A DNA stretch of 64,000 nt from Felis catus. Taxonomy: Eukaryota. Below are positions 25,715 through 38,680 of the stretch, one piece after another; the first letter of the stretch is position 1; each line of letters opens with the position of its first letter. The DNA lies in assembly GCF_018350175.1 (NCBI RefSeq), contig NC_058368.1, positions 165,728,001-165,792,000 of the forward strand, written 5' to 3'. Below the pieces are notes generated by a model. It ran no database searches. It was not told the DNA's origin and was given only the letters and a program-made list of their open reading frames with translations. Both the position numbers and the translations under genes were made by a program.

Positions 25715-27169
25715 AGTTGAATATAGTTTTAAATGGTCATATATTTTATACTCTCAGTTTTAGTGAAATTTGGTAACAGATTATAGACCATCTTACTGAT
25801 GACTTTAAGTTAGAACTCATGATTATATAATTACTATTCTAACAAATAACTGATAATCAAATTTAAAATTATTAATATGCAAATATGATTTATGAAATAA
25901 AATAATACCAAAAATATTTTACACATTCCTGGGGCATTCTCATTAACAGATATTTTAAAGTAGTTTTTCTTTTTTGGGGGCTGATTTTATATCCTTAAAC
26001 AATACACTATGCTTTTCTTTCTCAATTCATAAAGTTTATACGTTGCCAGTTACATGCATACTGTAGCAGAGGAGAATTTGTCTTAATTATACACTTTTAA
26101 AGTGTATAATTAATAACTATACTCTTCACTTATATGTTTTTATTATCCTATGTAGTTACATAAATAAAATTTCTAACTTGCAATAATAATCTAAACTTTC
26201 CTTTTCTGTCAAGTATAGACAGCACTTCTTTGTCAAATGAGAATATTTGTACATCTTCTCTTCCCTTAACATTTTCTCCTTCCCACCTCCTAATCTCTAT
26301 CAACTAAGCTTTTACATTGTCACAGCTGATACACTTTACATCTGTTCTTTAATCATAATTAAGTCTGTTGTCTAAATTTAATATATTATGAACAAAAGAA
26401 TATATATGGATTAATTCTAACTGTGAAAAAATACATTTAGCGTTTATATTATGATTCTAAAGTCTTTCTTCATAGCACAGCCACGTAATTCACAATGATT
26501 AAAGTTCTTTAAGGTCCCAATAGTGCAAACCTCTGCTTTTAAAAATATTTTATGTTCATTAATGAAACTGTACACATATCTAAATTTAGTTTCCATATTT
26601 ACCGTTTCTATTTTGATGTTATTGTTAAGTTAAACAACCCAGGTATGGAATGAGTATACTGAAACTTTTACCTTTGATCAAATATCTTCCATTTTATTCC
26701 CTTTGTCACCTCCCTAAAAAAAAAAGAACTGAACAAAAAGAAAGTTTTATTTTATTTATAATGATCAAAGTGAGCTTCCTTTTTTTATTACTTGGATTTA
26801 TTTTCCACTTTCTTGATCTTTTTGTAAGCTGACTTGACATTAAGAATTTTGAATCAACTTCCATTTCGTTGAGCTGCAAACACAGTAGAGCATGTTTCTA
26901 AGTTATATTATTAGATTTATCTACTTAAAATATTTACAGGTTGTTTTGGTTTTCTATATTTGTTTTTCATCAAAGTTGATTCACACAGCTTACTGTTTTA
27001 AATTAACTCCTCAAAGTTCCTTGCTGTGTAAATAAGGATAAGGTAAACATCTTTCATAAAATGCACCTTTTAAGCTGTGTCATATTTGACTTGTCGAATC
27101 AATGTACCCTTGTGATCAAGTGATTAAGCTATTTACTGCTTTTCACAGAAAGCTATTAAATAGATCATA

Positions 27170-27320
27170 AACACAACATTATGGAGTGGGTGTCAGGATC
27201 TTTAAATGCTACTCACCAGTTAGTTGTGTGACCTTGAACAAGTCACTTAATCTTTTTGACCTCCACTTCTTTACATACATAGCAAGGACAGCAATTATCT
27301 CTCTGGGCCTTTTTGCTTGT
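27170..27320 (+). mobile_element. MIR fragment
   Basis: gttgtgtgaccttgaacaagtcacttaatc MIR core. Confidence 0.75.
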
Positions 27321-29324
27321 AAAGCTTTATGATTTTATTCTACAATTATCTCTGGAATGGATTTAGCATGAGGGAGGAAAGCTTCACTGCAACAGTTATG
27401 CAAATAATCTCATATGAATTATGGAGTTAATTTAATAAGCCTCTTAGCTTTTTTAAGTAATTTTCAGAAAAAACAAATATTCATTTAAGAAGACATGGAC
27501 TAAAGATTACTTTTAGCAGAAAAGTTGTAATATATTTCCTCTTATAACTGAGTATTTTTGGCAGTTGCTTATCAATCATCAGTTTTAAACAGTTTGTAAC
27601 TATGGCTCAGAAGTTCCACTTTACTCGTACTAACAGCTAAGAAATTTAGCAAAAACAACTTAGAGCATTATCAACTTTTTTCACTTCCTGAAATGTTCTT
27701 TAAGTAATTTCTTCATAATAATAATAATAAGTCAACATAAAAATAGGAAATATAGGAAAAAGTACATTTTTCAATCTATAAATGTTTTTGTACCAGTTAG
27801 GAAAAAGAGAGTCACAATGCCTGGAGTCTTGCTCTTATTTGACCGTTCTTGACTTGCTGGGTGGCCCTAAGTCAAGCTGATCAAGTTACTATTTTCTAAA
27901 GCTTGCCAAATATTGTCAGGGCTTTGGAGAAGGTAATGAAACCATAAGTGTAAAATGCTCTACAAATAGAAAGGTCAAAGAACAGCATATGTGCAACACA
28001 TTTTCATTCTTAATGAGCAGTTGGACACTTAGTAGGGAACACTAAAACATCCAATTTTAAAGAGCCACTTCATTTTGGAGCAGTGAAAAGTGGCAATATT
28101 TATTGAGGTTCTTGCATCATTATTTGAAACATCTGTATTTACAAGCATACATAGCAATAATAATATTCAGAGAAATATTAATCTACTAACTAACAATAAA
28201 TGTTATTAACAGCGTATTAGAAAAAGCAGAGACTGGGTTGTTCAACAGAGCTAGGTTCAAATTACAAAGTTGCTACTCATTGGCTCTATGGGTCAGGCTC
28301 TTCTGCCCTTCCTATCCATTTAACAGTGTGGTGAAGTTGTTTTAAAATAATTTTCTAAGAGGAAACATGGCCTTGCCAGCACTTCAGTTCAGGGCAGACT
28401 GAGAAGGAGTTCTCTTCAAGCACAAGTCATCATTAGCCTCTGAACCTCCTCAAAAAGACCTTCACTCTTCTCCCACTGTGACTGTAGTACATCTATGTCT
28501 GTGAGTCTCTTCTCAACTGGCAATGTGCAATATTGGCAAATGAGGCATTTGACAGAGTAAAATCCCATGCTTAGTATAGTTCAAGAGTTACCTACAAGCC
28601 AGTTGAATGAATTTCACTTATTCTAAAATATTTCCCTGTATGATAACATTGCATTCTACTATACTTTCTTCTCTCACCTCAATCTTTCCCTCAGAATTTC
28701 TGTATTGAATGTATATTATCCATCTTCTATTGATACTATTGTCATAAACAGAGCAAAGCACCTACCTGAAACTAAACAAAACTCTAACAAAACAAAACTC
28801 ATATTGTTTGTAATTATATAAAATGATGTGTTTAATGTGTTACCTAATGTTACAAAGATTTTAATAAAGATCTTAGAGAAAAAAATATCTATTAAATTCT
28901 TGCCCTTTGAGCAGTTGAATCTCTTTAAGCAACACTCTTTCCATTGATACACAGTGAATTGCAATGGGTAAACATTTCCCTTTTCATAATTTTTTGGACA
29001 AATTTGTGACTCCTCAAAATTGTATAGGTAAAGGTCATCATGAAATACGTGTTAGCTTAACTCCATCCCACATTACTTTTCCCTTACTCTAATTTTAATC
29101 TTTCATCCTACTTTTCTCTATCGTTAATTAAGAAATCTGGTAATTCTGTGAAAAAAAGTAGAGGACAAATCAATCAGTTTGTTGATACTGAAGGAGTCAA
29201 GATCTTTTGTAATAATTTTTTTATAATGCCAATTTTTTGTTGAATTTACACTCTAAAAGCCATAAGAATAAGGAAGCAGTCTACTTCCACTGGCAATGCT
29301 AAGAGTTTCTTAGTTCTTGTCAGC

Positions 29325-29458
29325 CTTTGAGAAGAGCCAACTAAATCCAGAGGGCAAGAGAACTTAAAGAGCTCCATACAGGTCAGCCTTAAGGAACAAA
29401 GAGTAGAGAAATGTGTAAGAAGTAGATCTGGAAGGTCAAATGGAAGGTTTGTAAGACA
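29325..29458 (-). mobile_element. MLT1H/I-like LTR fragment
   Basis: ccagagggcaagagaac...catacaggtcagcct...tagatctggaaggtcaaatgga. Confidence 0.6.
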
Positions 29459-29968
29459 GAGGTCATTTGAGAAAAAAGGTCATCATTCATGCTTTCCTTA
29501 TTAAAATACTGAGGTCATACCACAGAGTCTCTTTGGAGGTGCTATCAGAATTTATTGGCATAATGTGAAATCCCATTTTAGCTGTATACAGTGTATTGAG
29601 GAATGTGTCATTTAATCAACAAATGATTCAATTAGTGCTCTATTTATTAATCACCTACCATCTTCAAGGTACTGAATGATAAGTTTAACTGGATGTATTG
29701 GACTCAGTCACTTCCTAAACGCAACACAAATGAATGTAGTCACTGCTCTCAAACATCTTGTCTAACAGAAGAGGTATACAAATTAGTAATGCTGGAAGAT
29801 ATAATTCATCTATTTAGTTGTCAGTCTCCTCAACAAACTATATGCTCTTCAACATTAGGTATGTCAAAATATAATTTTCAAATAAAGTTTAAAGATATGA
29901 TTTACATACAAGCATAGAACACGCATGGGCCAAAGTGTTATTTATCATATTAATAAAAGAAAAGGCAA

Positions 29969-30180
29969 GGGACGCCTGGGCAGCTCACTCAGTTAAGTGT
30001 TTGACTCTTGATTTCGGCTCAGGTCATGGTTTCACCGTTTGTGGGATCGAGGCCCATCTTGGGCTCTGCACTCATACTGTAGAGCCTGCTTGGGATTCTC
30101 TCTCTCCCTCTTTCTCTCTTCCCTCCCCCACTCCTGTGCATTCTGTCTATCAAAACAAATAAACATTAAAAAAAGAAAAA
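29969..30180 (+). mobile_element. Can-SINE, older subfamily
   Basis: gggacgcctggg head, gactcttgatttcggctcagg; flanks gaaaaggcaag / gaaaggcaag. Confidence 0.92.
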
Positions 30181-30963
30181 AGAAAGGCAAGACAAAGTTG
30201 TTTCAAAGAACAGCTTCACAGGGAGAGTGTAGATAGGCTTTGAAAGAAACAATCATGTTACAGAATGTCTAGGTCAAATATAAAACTACTTACTCTCCTA
30301 CAGAGCAATAATGACACAGAATTTAGGATTATCCTTTCTATAAGACAGGAATTATTTTCACCTCTATAACAAATCATCTACAAGTTAACATAAAATTTCA
30401 TAGGTTCTGGGTTCCGTTAAAATATACATAAAAAGTCAAACAAAGATGCTTTCCTATAGAGAATTAAATAACTCTTGGGTATGCCTATTAAACAATACTC
30501 TGATATGGCATTGAAATGATAGCCAATCATACATTTGTCTAACTTCTAAATGTTAGAAATTTTTCTACTATGTGGGACATAACTTTTTATATAAGTGAAA
30601 ATATTGGTGGGTATGGATGTGAGTTTTATGCATGTGCATAGCATGTATATAAGCACAAATCTGGCCCCTGTTGATATATAAGCAGAGGAAAGTATTAGTG
30701 ATTCAAGCACAATTACTTTAACAAATTTAAGATAGTGATGCATTGAGTAAAACTGATGTATGTATATATGTATATGTATATATGTATATATATTCTCCTG
30801 AGCTTACACACAGCATCAAACTGTCGACTAAGACTTATGAATCAGAGATATTACCCTGTATCAAGCTTACCAATGATGTAAAAAAACAACAGGTATTTCA
30901 GAGGCAAGGACACAGAAGACAATAAATGCTAAATGCCTAGGATATGCCAACTGTACTCCAGAT

Positions 30964-31150
30964 TAGGGTTTCCATACAAAATATGGGATGTCCAATTAAG
31001 TTTAAATTGCAGAGACACATTTTTTTTACTATAAGTAAATCCCAAATATTGCATGGGACATACTCAACACACATACAAATTTTACTATTTCTCTTTAATT
31101 CAAATTTAACTGGGCATCTGTATTTTTATTTGCTAAATCTGGCAACCCTA
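30964..31150. mobile_element. MER53 palindromic hAT MITE
   Basis: Ends tagggtttcca ... tggcaacccta; central tcccaaatattgcatggga; arm aattcaaatttaactgggcatc. Confidence 0.88.
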
Positions 31151-32132
31151 CAAGATCCTTCCTTCCAGTATCAGTCACACACTCTCTTGCCCAGAATAAT
31201 AGAAAAGATTTCCAAAGGAGGTTTTGTGGCTTTACTTAACACAATAGTAGGCATTTAAGTCATATAACATCTCTATTTTATACCCACAGAGTTGTATGGC
31301 TTACATGACATTCTCCAGGGAATGATGCCTCATAAATCCGGTGACTGCAATTTTATTTACTATAAGTAATCCTTTAGCCAGGGACATCTTGCTAAGGAGT
31401 TCTATAGATAAGCTCTCTTCCTCCTAGAAAATATCATTAGTCTATGTACCCAGAGGCCCAGTTGACAAGAAGATTAGGCCAGGTCACTTGCCCTCCTTCC
31501 TTTCCCCTGGGTCTGTATCCTGGTCGCTAGAATGAATGGATCATGGGCCAGATACATTTAACTTTATTCTCACCAACTACATTCATGATTTTAATATTTA
31601 AGTAAAAATGTATTTCCATTAATACCAGAAATAAGATCAAAGGCAGATAAAAAGAAATGTAAACCTGCGATATTTATGTATAGACACATAATGGATATGT
31701 TTCAACTTGGGACTAGTTTTTCTTTTTTTTTTATCATAAACTTGAGCTTTGGTAAAAAAAATTCTGTTGTTATTTCATATGTAAAACTTTAAGTACCAAA
31801 TGAAGAAGTCAGAGTAGTTATTTGAGAGGAAACATTTAACAGCAGTCTCTTAGTTTCATCAAATAGACCTTCTATTTCTCCAAAATTGTGTTTAATCAAA
31901 TATATGACATCTAGTAAGTATCTCAGAAGTATGACAGAAATGAAAGAACAATTTGATGAGTAGCAGGCCATGGAGACCAAGATATTATACTCAAACCAGT
32001 GAATATAAATGTATTAGATTTTTAAAATTCTGACAGGGTAAAACTCTAAGATTTAATTTGTGCCACATAATTTTTGTACACAAAAGCAAAACAGAAGTCT
32101 GTCATATGCACAATTAGAAATATAACAATTCA

Positions 32133-32342
32133 GGGGCACCTGGGTGGCTCAGTTTAGCGGCTGACTCAGGTCATGATCTGGTGGTTTGTGAGTTCGAGCC
32201 CCGTGTCGGGCTCTGTGCTGACAGCTCAGAGCCTGGAGCCTGCTTCAGATTCTGTGTCTCCCTCTCTCTGCTCCTCCCCTGCTCATGCTCTGTCTCTCTC
32301 TGTCTCCCAATAATAAACAAACATTAAAAAAATTAAAAAAAT
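32133..32342 (+). mobile_element. Can-SINE
   Basis: TSD atataacaattca at 32120-32132 and 32343-32355. Confidence 0.95.
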
Positions 32343-32934
32343 ATATAACAATTCAATCAGTAATTCAAAGTCTTTAAAAAAATAGACAATTGCATGATTT
32401 ACATGAGGGGCCCTAAATCTTTTATCATAACATTTGATTTACATTTGAAAGGAAAATTTTGTGGTTAGTATCACTGCTATGGAGGATCCTACAATTATTA
32501 AAAAGAATAGAGTAGGTGGCAGATTGATGGCAAGAGAGAAAGAAAAGCGATGTCACAGGAAGGCTGACATATTGTCCCTATAGGAATGCAAAATGCAATG
32601 GATTAACCTCAGATCTTTGAAAATTGTAAAATGACAGGATTTTTAGCATTAGTAGTAAGGAAAGAATGGTGACATTTGAATATAGTGGTGAAAGAACTGC
32701 ATTTGTCCTCTTCTGCATTGATATAAAACAAAACATAAAACCTCTCCTTTTTCCACTCATTCCATACCAATGCTGTGTTCAAGATTAAAGGAGAATGATC
32801 AAAATCTGAAATTGGAGAGACAGAAAAAATTTTTCTCTATTTTTTGGGGGGGGGCATCTTATTAACATATGAAACAGAATTTAATATGACCATAAACACA
32901 TATTCCCACAGAAAATTTTAAAAAGCACTTGGTT

Positions 32935-33216
32935 TCTCAGGATCCACATAAGAGTGAAAACATATGGTATCTGTCTTTCTCTGTATGGCTTATTTCACTT
33001 AACAGAAACCCATGGGGGAGGGGAAGGAAAAAAAAAAAGAGGTTAGAGTGGGAGAGAGCCAAAGCATAAGAGACTCTTAAAAACTGAGAACAAACTGAAG
33101 GTTGATGGCGGGTGGGAGGGAGGGGAGGGTAGGTGATGGGTATTGAAGAGGGCATCTTTTGGGATGGGCACTGGGTGTTGTATGGAAACCAATTTGACAA
33201 TAAATTTTCATTAAAA
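32935..33216 (+). mobile_element. Short felid L1 3' end with inverted 5' segment
   Basis: 32935-33000 is the antisense ORF2 C-terminus and 33000-33216 the sense 3'UTR; exact 15-bp TSD aaaaagcacttggtt at 32920-32934 and 33217-33231. Confidence 0.95.
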
Positions 33217-34363
33217 AAAAAGCACTTGGTTAATGAAATGAGAGAAAGGCTCATGCCTGGGTCTAGAAAATGCTAAATGATAACTGAAAGACAGTGAAAT
33301 GTCCAAATATTTCCAAGCCTATGGATTTTGGTCACCATGTATTTTGTTAGAGCCACCTTTACCAAAAGTATTTGGTATTATTTTCTCTAAAATGTCTTGC
33401 AGTGTATTCACTTTAAACAGCTGGCCAACCATTTTAAATGTTAAAATAGAACAATTTTTTCAAAAGCATACTCTTAGCCTATAAAATTGTTAGCTTGAAT
33501 ATAAAGGTATGAGAACATTTTCTATTCTAATATAAAAGTATAATAATAGAATTCAACACTTTCTCAACTATTTTAACTAATTTTAATCTCTGATGTTTTA
33601 TATGTAAAACAGATTACAGTTGGTAAATGAACATTCTGACTAATTTCTAGGACTTCCACCTAGATGAAAATATGAGGATTGGCTATGACCTGATAGCATT
33701 GCTCCTATTCTTACAGTAGTTTTACATTTTTTATATTAAAACAAAATAATGAATTCTATTTTTAATACACTTAAATAAATACATTGTATTACATATTATG
33801 GTATCTTATTACACATTATTAATGATATCAAGTATTTTATTTTTCCTATTTTAGCATAAACAGGTGAAATAAATCCTTACATTCTTATATAGCTTCTACT
33901 GATTTTGAAAATGTATTGTCATATTTAAACACATTTTAATCTTACAAGTCTCTATGGAGATTAAAAAATATTTTCTGATTTCAAATATGAAAAAATTGAG
34001 GATTATGTAGGCCATTAATTATACAAGGTAACCCTCCTAAAAAGTACAAGACCCAGGTCTATATTATAGAACCCTGGCCACATTGTTTAGTTCTTTCCAT
34101 CATACAAAATTAAGTCTTCTTTAATAGCCAAAAGTTGTTTTTTATTGTTTGTTTGTTTTTGTTTTTTTTAATCAACCAAAGACTAATATCCAATGACAGT
34201 TCCTTCTCTTTAATGACCCTAACTTGAAAAAAAAAAGTATTAGCTGAAGTAATTTACTTGGACCTATGTATGTCTCCATTTCTCTCTTTGCATCTTTACA
34301 CAGTGGGGGTGGGGGTGGGGCAAATGCCAAGGAATTTAATACAATCAGCATTTCTGTATTCTT

Positions 34364-34569
34364 TTTTTTTTTTTATGTTTATTTTTGTGAGACAGAGACA
34401 AAGCTCAAACAGGGGAGGGGCAGAGAGAGAGGGAGACACAGAATCCGAACAGGGTCCAAGGCTGGGAGCTGTCAGCACAGAGCCTGATGTCGGCTCAAAC
34501 CCACGAACTGTGAGATCATGGCCTAAGCTGAAGTCAGACGCTTAACTGACTGAGCCACCCAGGCACCCC
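34364..34569 (-). mobile_element. Can-SINE
   Basis: Exact TSD catttctgtattctt at 34349-34363 and 34572-34586. Confidence 0.95.
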
Positions 34570-35145
34570 AACATTTCTGTATTCTTACCTTCTACTTATC
34601 AATTAACTCGCTCTTATCAACTACCATCCTAATGAATTCACTAAAATGGTTCATATGAATTTTGCCCATTACTGTCACATGCCAAACATAGTAGACACCT
34701 GTCATAGGAGTCATTGCCACAAGAGCATATCAATAACTACCCTCTGCTGTCATCCAGAACACAGTCTCTGACTGTTTAAGCTTCCTCCATGCTAGTAATT
34801 TTTTCTCTTCCTTGAATACTTCATGTTTTCTCATCTCATTTTTTCCCTGTACTCTGCATTGATGGATTATCTTAAGGTCTCCATTTCGTTGGCTGAGAGC
34901 CTTCCCTTAAATATGTCCATCCCCACCCATATATCCATATGTTTCTTTTTCTTACTGTGTGTAATTTCTTCCTACTTCATATGATTATTAAATCGGAAAT
35001 TCTGAAGGATCTGAGATTTAGACTTTATTTGCTAACTAGTTAGCCTGCCAGAGTGCTACAGGTGCACACACATGCACACAAAGAAGGATACATGTAGATA
35101 AATATATTTATGTAGCATATAGATGGGGATATATCAATAAAAGAT

Positions 35146-35639
35146 TGAAACTGCTGAGTCAAAAACAGACCACAGGAAAGATCAGAAGCAGTGGTCAGAG
35201 CAGCTTCTTGTGTCAGTCTCCCATACCCCCATTCTCGGAGAGCAACTTGACGACGGCCAGATGTTTACCTCCATGTACAGTGGCTTGCCCCACAGAGAGG
35301 AAAAGACTTGACTTATATGGGGCAGCTGACAAATCTACCCACCCTCCTCTCTGAAGAGATAGATTTCTCATTTCTCTTGAACATGTGAAAATCTCCTGGA
35401 CAGTAAAAGAAAATTCTCTATTCTTGCTATCTTGGAATATAAGCAAATATTTGTGCAAAGTGGGAAGGGGTTTTATCTTTACTACCATAGACTATCCAGG
35501 CAAATATACCTCTAAATCTGTCCAGAGGGGAAACATTCTCTCTAGCTTCCAAGGCTGTTTGCTCTTCAAACATATCTTCTGCTCAGAAACCCAACCTGTA
35601 CAGAAAGCTGAGAAGTCCGTGGAGAAATTTCTCCCAACA
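35146..35639 (-). mobile_element. ERVL solo LTR (MER54/MER74/MER88-like)
   Basis: TG...CA ends; terminus gtgcagaaa-like...gtggagaaatttctcccaaca; gcttccaaggctgtttgct; 5-bp flanks aagat / atgat; sits among L2 relics. Confidence 0.7.
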
Positions 35640-37385
35640 ATGATCATTTATAAATATCTTGGTCATTTATTTACTTTCTTTTTACCCTTAGAAATTTTGC
35701 GACATGAATGTCCAGATTCTATGGTTCTTGATCACTGTGGTATCCTTAGTGCTAAAAATATATCCTGATACGTAGTAGATAGTATATGGTAGGTAAACAA
35801 ACCAACAAAAAACCCTCAAATAAATTACACACGTATACATATATCTTTAATAAATTATATACATCTTCAGTATACATGTATCTTAAATTATATATATCTG
35901 AATATATGTATACATGTTGAATAAATTAGCAATTGAATGAAGGTATGAAAATAATTGATTAATAAACTTAAAATGCTGGATAATTCTGTTTTTATTTGTT
36001 GCTGTTTTTAAGCATGACTTTCCTCTTTGGATATATTCTGAAAGGTTTTAGTGACTTGTCCCTATTGATAAAGTTATTCTCAGTAACTAGGGGGATGTGT
36101 GACTGTATATAAATACCTCCATATATGCTTGAACTTATTTTTTAAGTGTGAATTCTGAAAATATTTAAGAAAAATATATGAGAAAATGCTAAGCATATAT
36201 TTTCTTCTTATTTTATACATTTTAAGAAATATCAACAGAAGTACTTATGGCATCAGAAATAGTTGTCAGACCTATCAAGTGAAGGAGGAAATTGGTGTCA
36301 TGGTAACAAGGAAGATGAAATGATTGGCCATGTTCAAATTAGAGCAAACAACAAATAGAATTATTTGGCAAAAAGTCTTCATATTACAGCACTAAGATGG
36401 TGACAATCACACTATTTGTATATAAACAAGAAAAATAATAAAAGTGTACCACGAATTAATTGTTAGAATTTGAGAAGATATATGAAGTGAAATTTTTAAA
36501 TTTTCATTCTTCTAAATGGGTACTTTGGAGGGGAAAAAAACAAATTTCATATAAATTCTACCCACAAGAATCACTCAGTCTAATTGAAGGCAAGAAAGTA
36601 TAGGAAGATTAGAAAGCAGGCTGGTAGTCAGGGTATAATCTAACTACACAAATCCAAAATCCTATCTCTGCTTCTTATGGACAGTACACATGGGACAAAA
36701 CACCTCTTGCCTCAGGTTTCTTATTGCACAAAAGAGGAAATTTTTAAAAATATGAGATAATATTAGTAAGCACCTCGTGTGCAGGACTTTTGTTAGCATT
36801 AACTTAACGATAGGGACAAGGTATTACAACAGTATCTAGAAGTGTATGTGTTCTAAAATGCACACTGCAATTTAACAAGTGGAAATGCATCTAATTAAGA
36901 AAATGGGAGGAAGGCATGAGCAGACATTTGCCCAAAGAAAAAATACAGATGGCAAACAAACACATGAAAAGATGCTCAACATCATTAAACTTCATGGAAA
37001 TGCAAGTCAAAACCACAATGAATTATCACCTCACAACCGTCAGAATGCCAAAAATCAAAAACACAAGAAACAAGTGTTGGCAATGATGTGAAGAAAAAGA
37101 AACCCTGATGCACTGTTGGTGGGAAAGCAAACCGGTGCAGTCACTGTGGGATACAATATGGAGGTTCCTCAAAGAATTAAAAAAAATAGATATACCATAT
37201 GATTCAGTATTCCCACTACTGTGTTATTTACTCAAAGAATATGAAAACACTCATTTGAAAAGATACACACACCCCTATGTTTATTGCAGCATTATTTACG
37301 ATAGCCAAAATATGGAAGAAGCCGAAGTGTCCATCAACAGATGAATGGATAAAGAAGTGGTATGAGTATGGTATACTCAGGTATA

Positions 37386-37650
37386 GGGGCACCTGAGTGG
37401 TTCACTCAGTTGAAGTCCAACTTCAGCTCAGGTCATGATCTCACAGTTCATGGGTTTGAGCCCCACGTCAGGCTCTGTGCTGGCAGCTCACAGCCTGGAG
37501 CCTGCTTTGGATTCTGTGTCTCCCTCTCTCTCTGCCCCTCCCCCGTTCATGCTCTGTCTCTCTCTGTCCCAAAAATAAATAAATGTTGAAAAAAAAATTA
37601 AAAAGAAAAAGAAAAAGAAAAAAAAATAAATTAACATTTTAAAAACTTAA
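37386..37650 (+). mobile_element. Can-SINE (first of tandem triplet)
   Basis: ggggcacctgagtgg head, (CT)n, long A-rich tail. Confidence 0.93.
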
Positions 37651-37668
37651 AAAAAAAAGAAGCAGTAT

Positions 37669-37789
37669 GATCATGATCTCATGGTTCATGAGTTCAAGCC
37701 CCACATTGGGTTCTGAGCTATCAGCTCAGAGCCTGGAGGCTGCTTTGGAATCTGTGTGTGTGTCTCTCTTTGCCCCTCTCCCACTTAAG

Positions 37790-37822
<33 letters not shown>

Positions 37823-37848
37823 AAAAATAAACATTATAAAATTGCTTA
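37669..37848 (+). mobile_element. 5'-truncated Can-SINE (second of triplet)
   Basis: Starts at tcatgatctcatggttc, lacks the A-box head. Confidence 0.88.
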
Positions 37849-37862
37849 AAAAAAAGAAGGAA

Positions 37863-38066
37863 GGGGCGCCTGGGTGGCGCAGTCGGTTAAGCGTCCGACT
37901 TCAGCCAGGTCACGATCTCGCGGTCCGTGAGTTTGAGCCCCGCGTCAGGCTCTGGGCTGATGGCTTGGAGCCTGGAGCCTGGAGCCTGTTTTCCGATTCT
38001 GTGTCTCCCTCTCTCTCTGCCCCTCCCCCGTTCATGCTCTGTCTCTCTCTGTCCCCCCCCCCCCCC
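37863..38066 (+). mobile_element. Young SINEC_Fc copy without tail (third of triplet)
   Basis: CpG-rich gcgcagtcggttaagcgtccgacttcagccagg; TSD aaaaaaagaaggaa at 37849-37862 and 38067-38080. Confidence 0.95.
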
Positions 38067-38534
38067 AAAAAAAGAAGGAAAAGAATGAAATCTTGTCATT
38101 TGCAACAACATGGATGGATCTAAACGGTATAATGCTATGAGAAATAAGTCAATCATAGACAAATACCACACGATTGCACTCATGTGTGGAATTTAAAAGA
38201 CAAAACAAATAAAGAAAAGAGAAATAAACAAAACAAACAAAAAAAAACAGAGTCTTAAATATAGATGACACACAGGTGGTTACCAGAGGGGAGGTGTTGG
38301 TGAAATAGGTGAAGGGGATTAAAAGGATACTTACCATGATAAGCACTGAGTAATGTACAGAATTGCTGAATCACTATATTTTATACCTGAAACTAATATA
38401 AAACTGCTAAGTTAATTATACTTGGATTTAAAAAGAAATTTTTTAAAAGTGGAAATGCAAAATTACATTCTGTGCTAAAAAAGATGGGTCCTTTTTCCAT
38501 TCCCAAATGTATATACATACACACTCTGTGTGTA

Positions 38535-38570
<36 letters not shown>

Positions 38571-38629
38571 AATCTATCTATCATCTTTCTATATATAAAT
38601 ATAGAGAGAGAGACAGAGAAAGAGATAGA

Positions 38630-38661
<32 letters not shown>

Positions 38662-38680
38662 AAGAGACAGAAGAAGAAAA
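38535..38680. repeat. (ATCT)n microsatellite followed by purine-rich low-complexity tract
   Basis: Directly visible. Confidence 0.85.

Larger units (their letters stand above)
36890..38446 (+). mobile_element. 5'-truncated carnivore L1 (L1_Carn-like), interrupted by three SINEs
   Basis: ORF2 C-terminal and 3'UTR sequence; exact 13-bp TSD aagtggaaatgca at 36877-36889 and 38447-38459. Confidence 0.9.

Noticed and set aside
35385..35768. 127-aa ORF
   Set aside because: Lies across an LTR and L2 relic, starts at a non-ATG codon and has no recognisable domain
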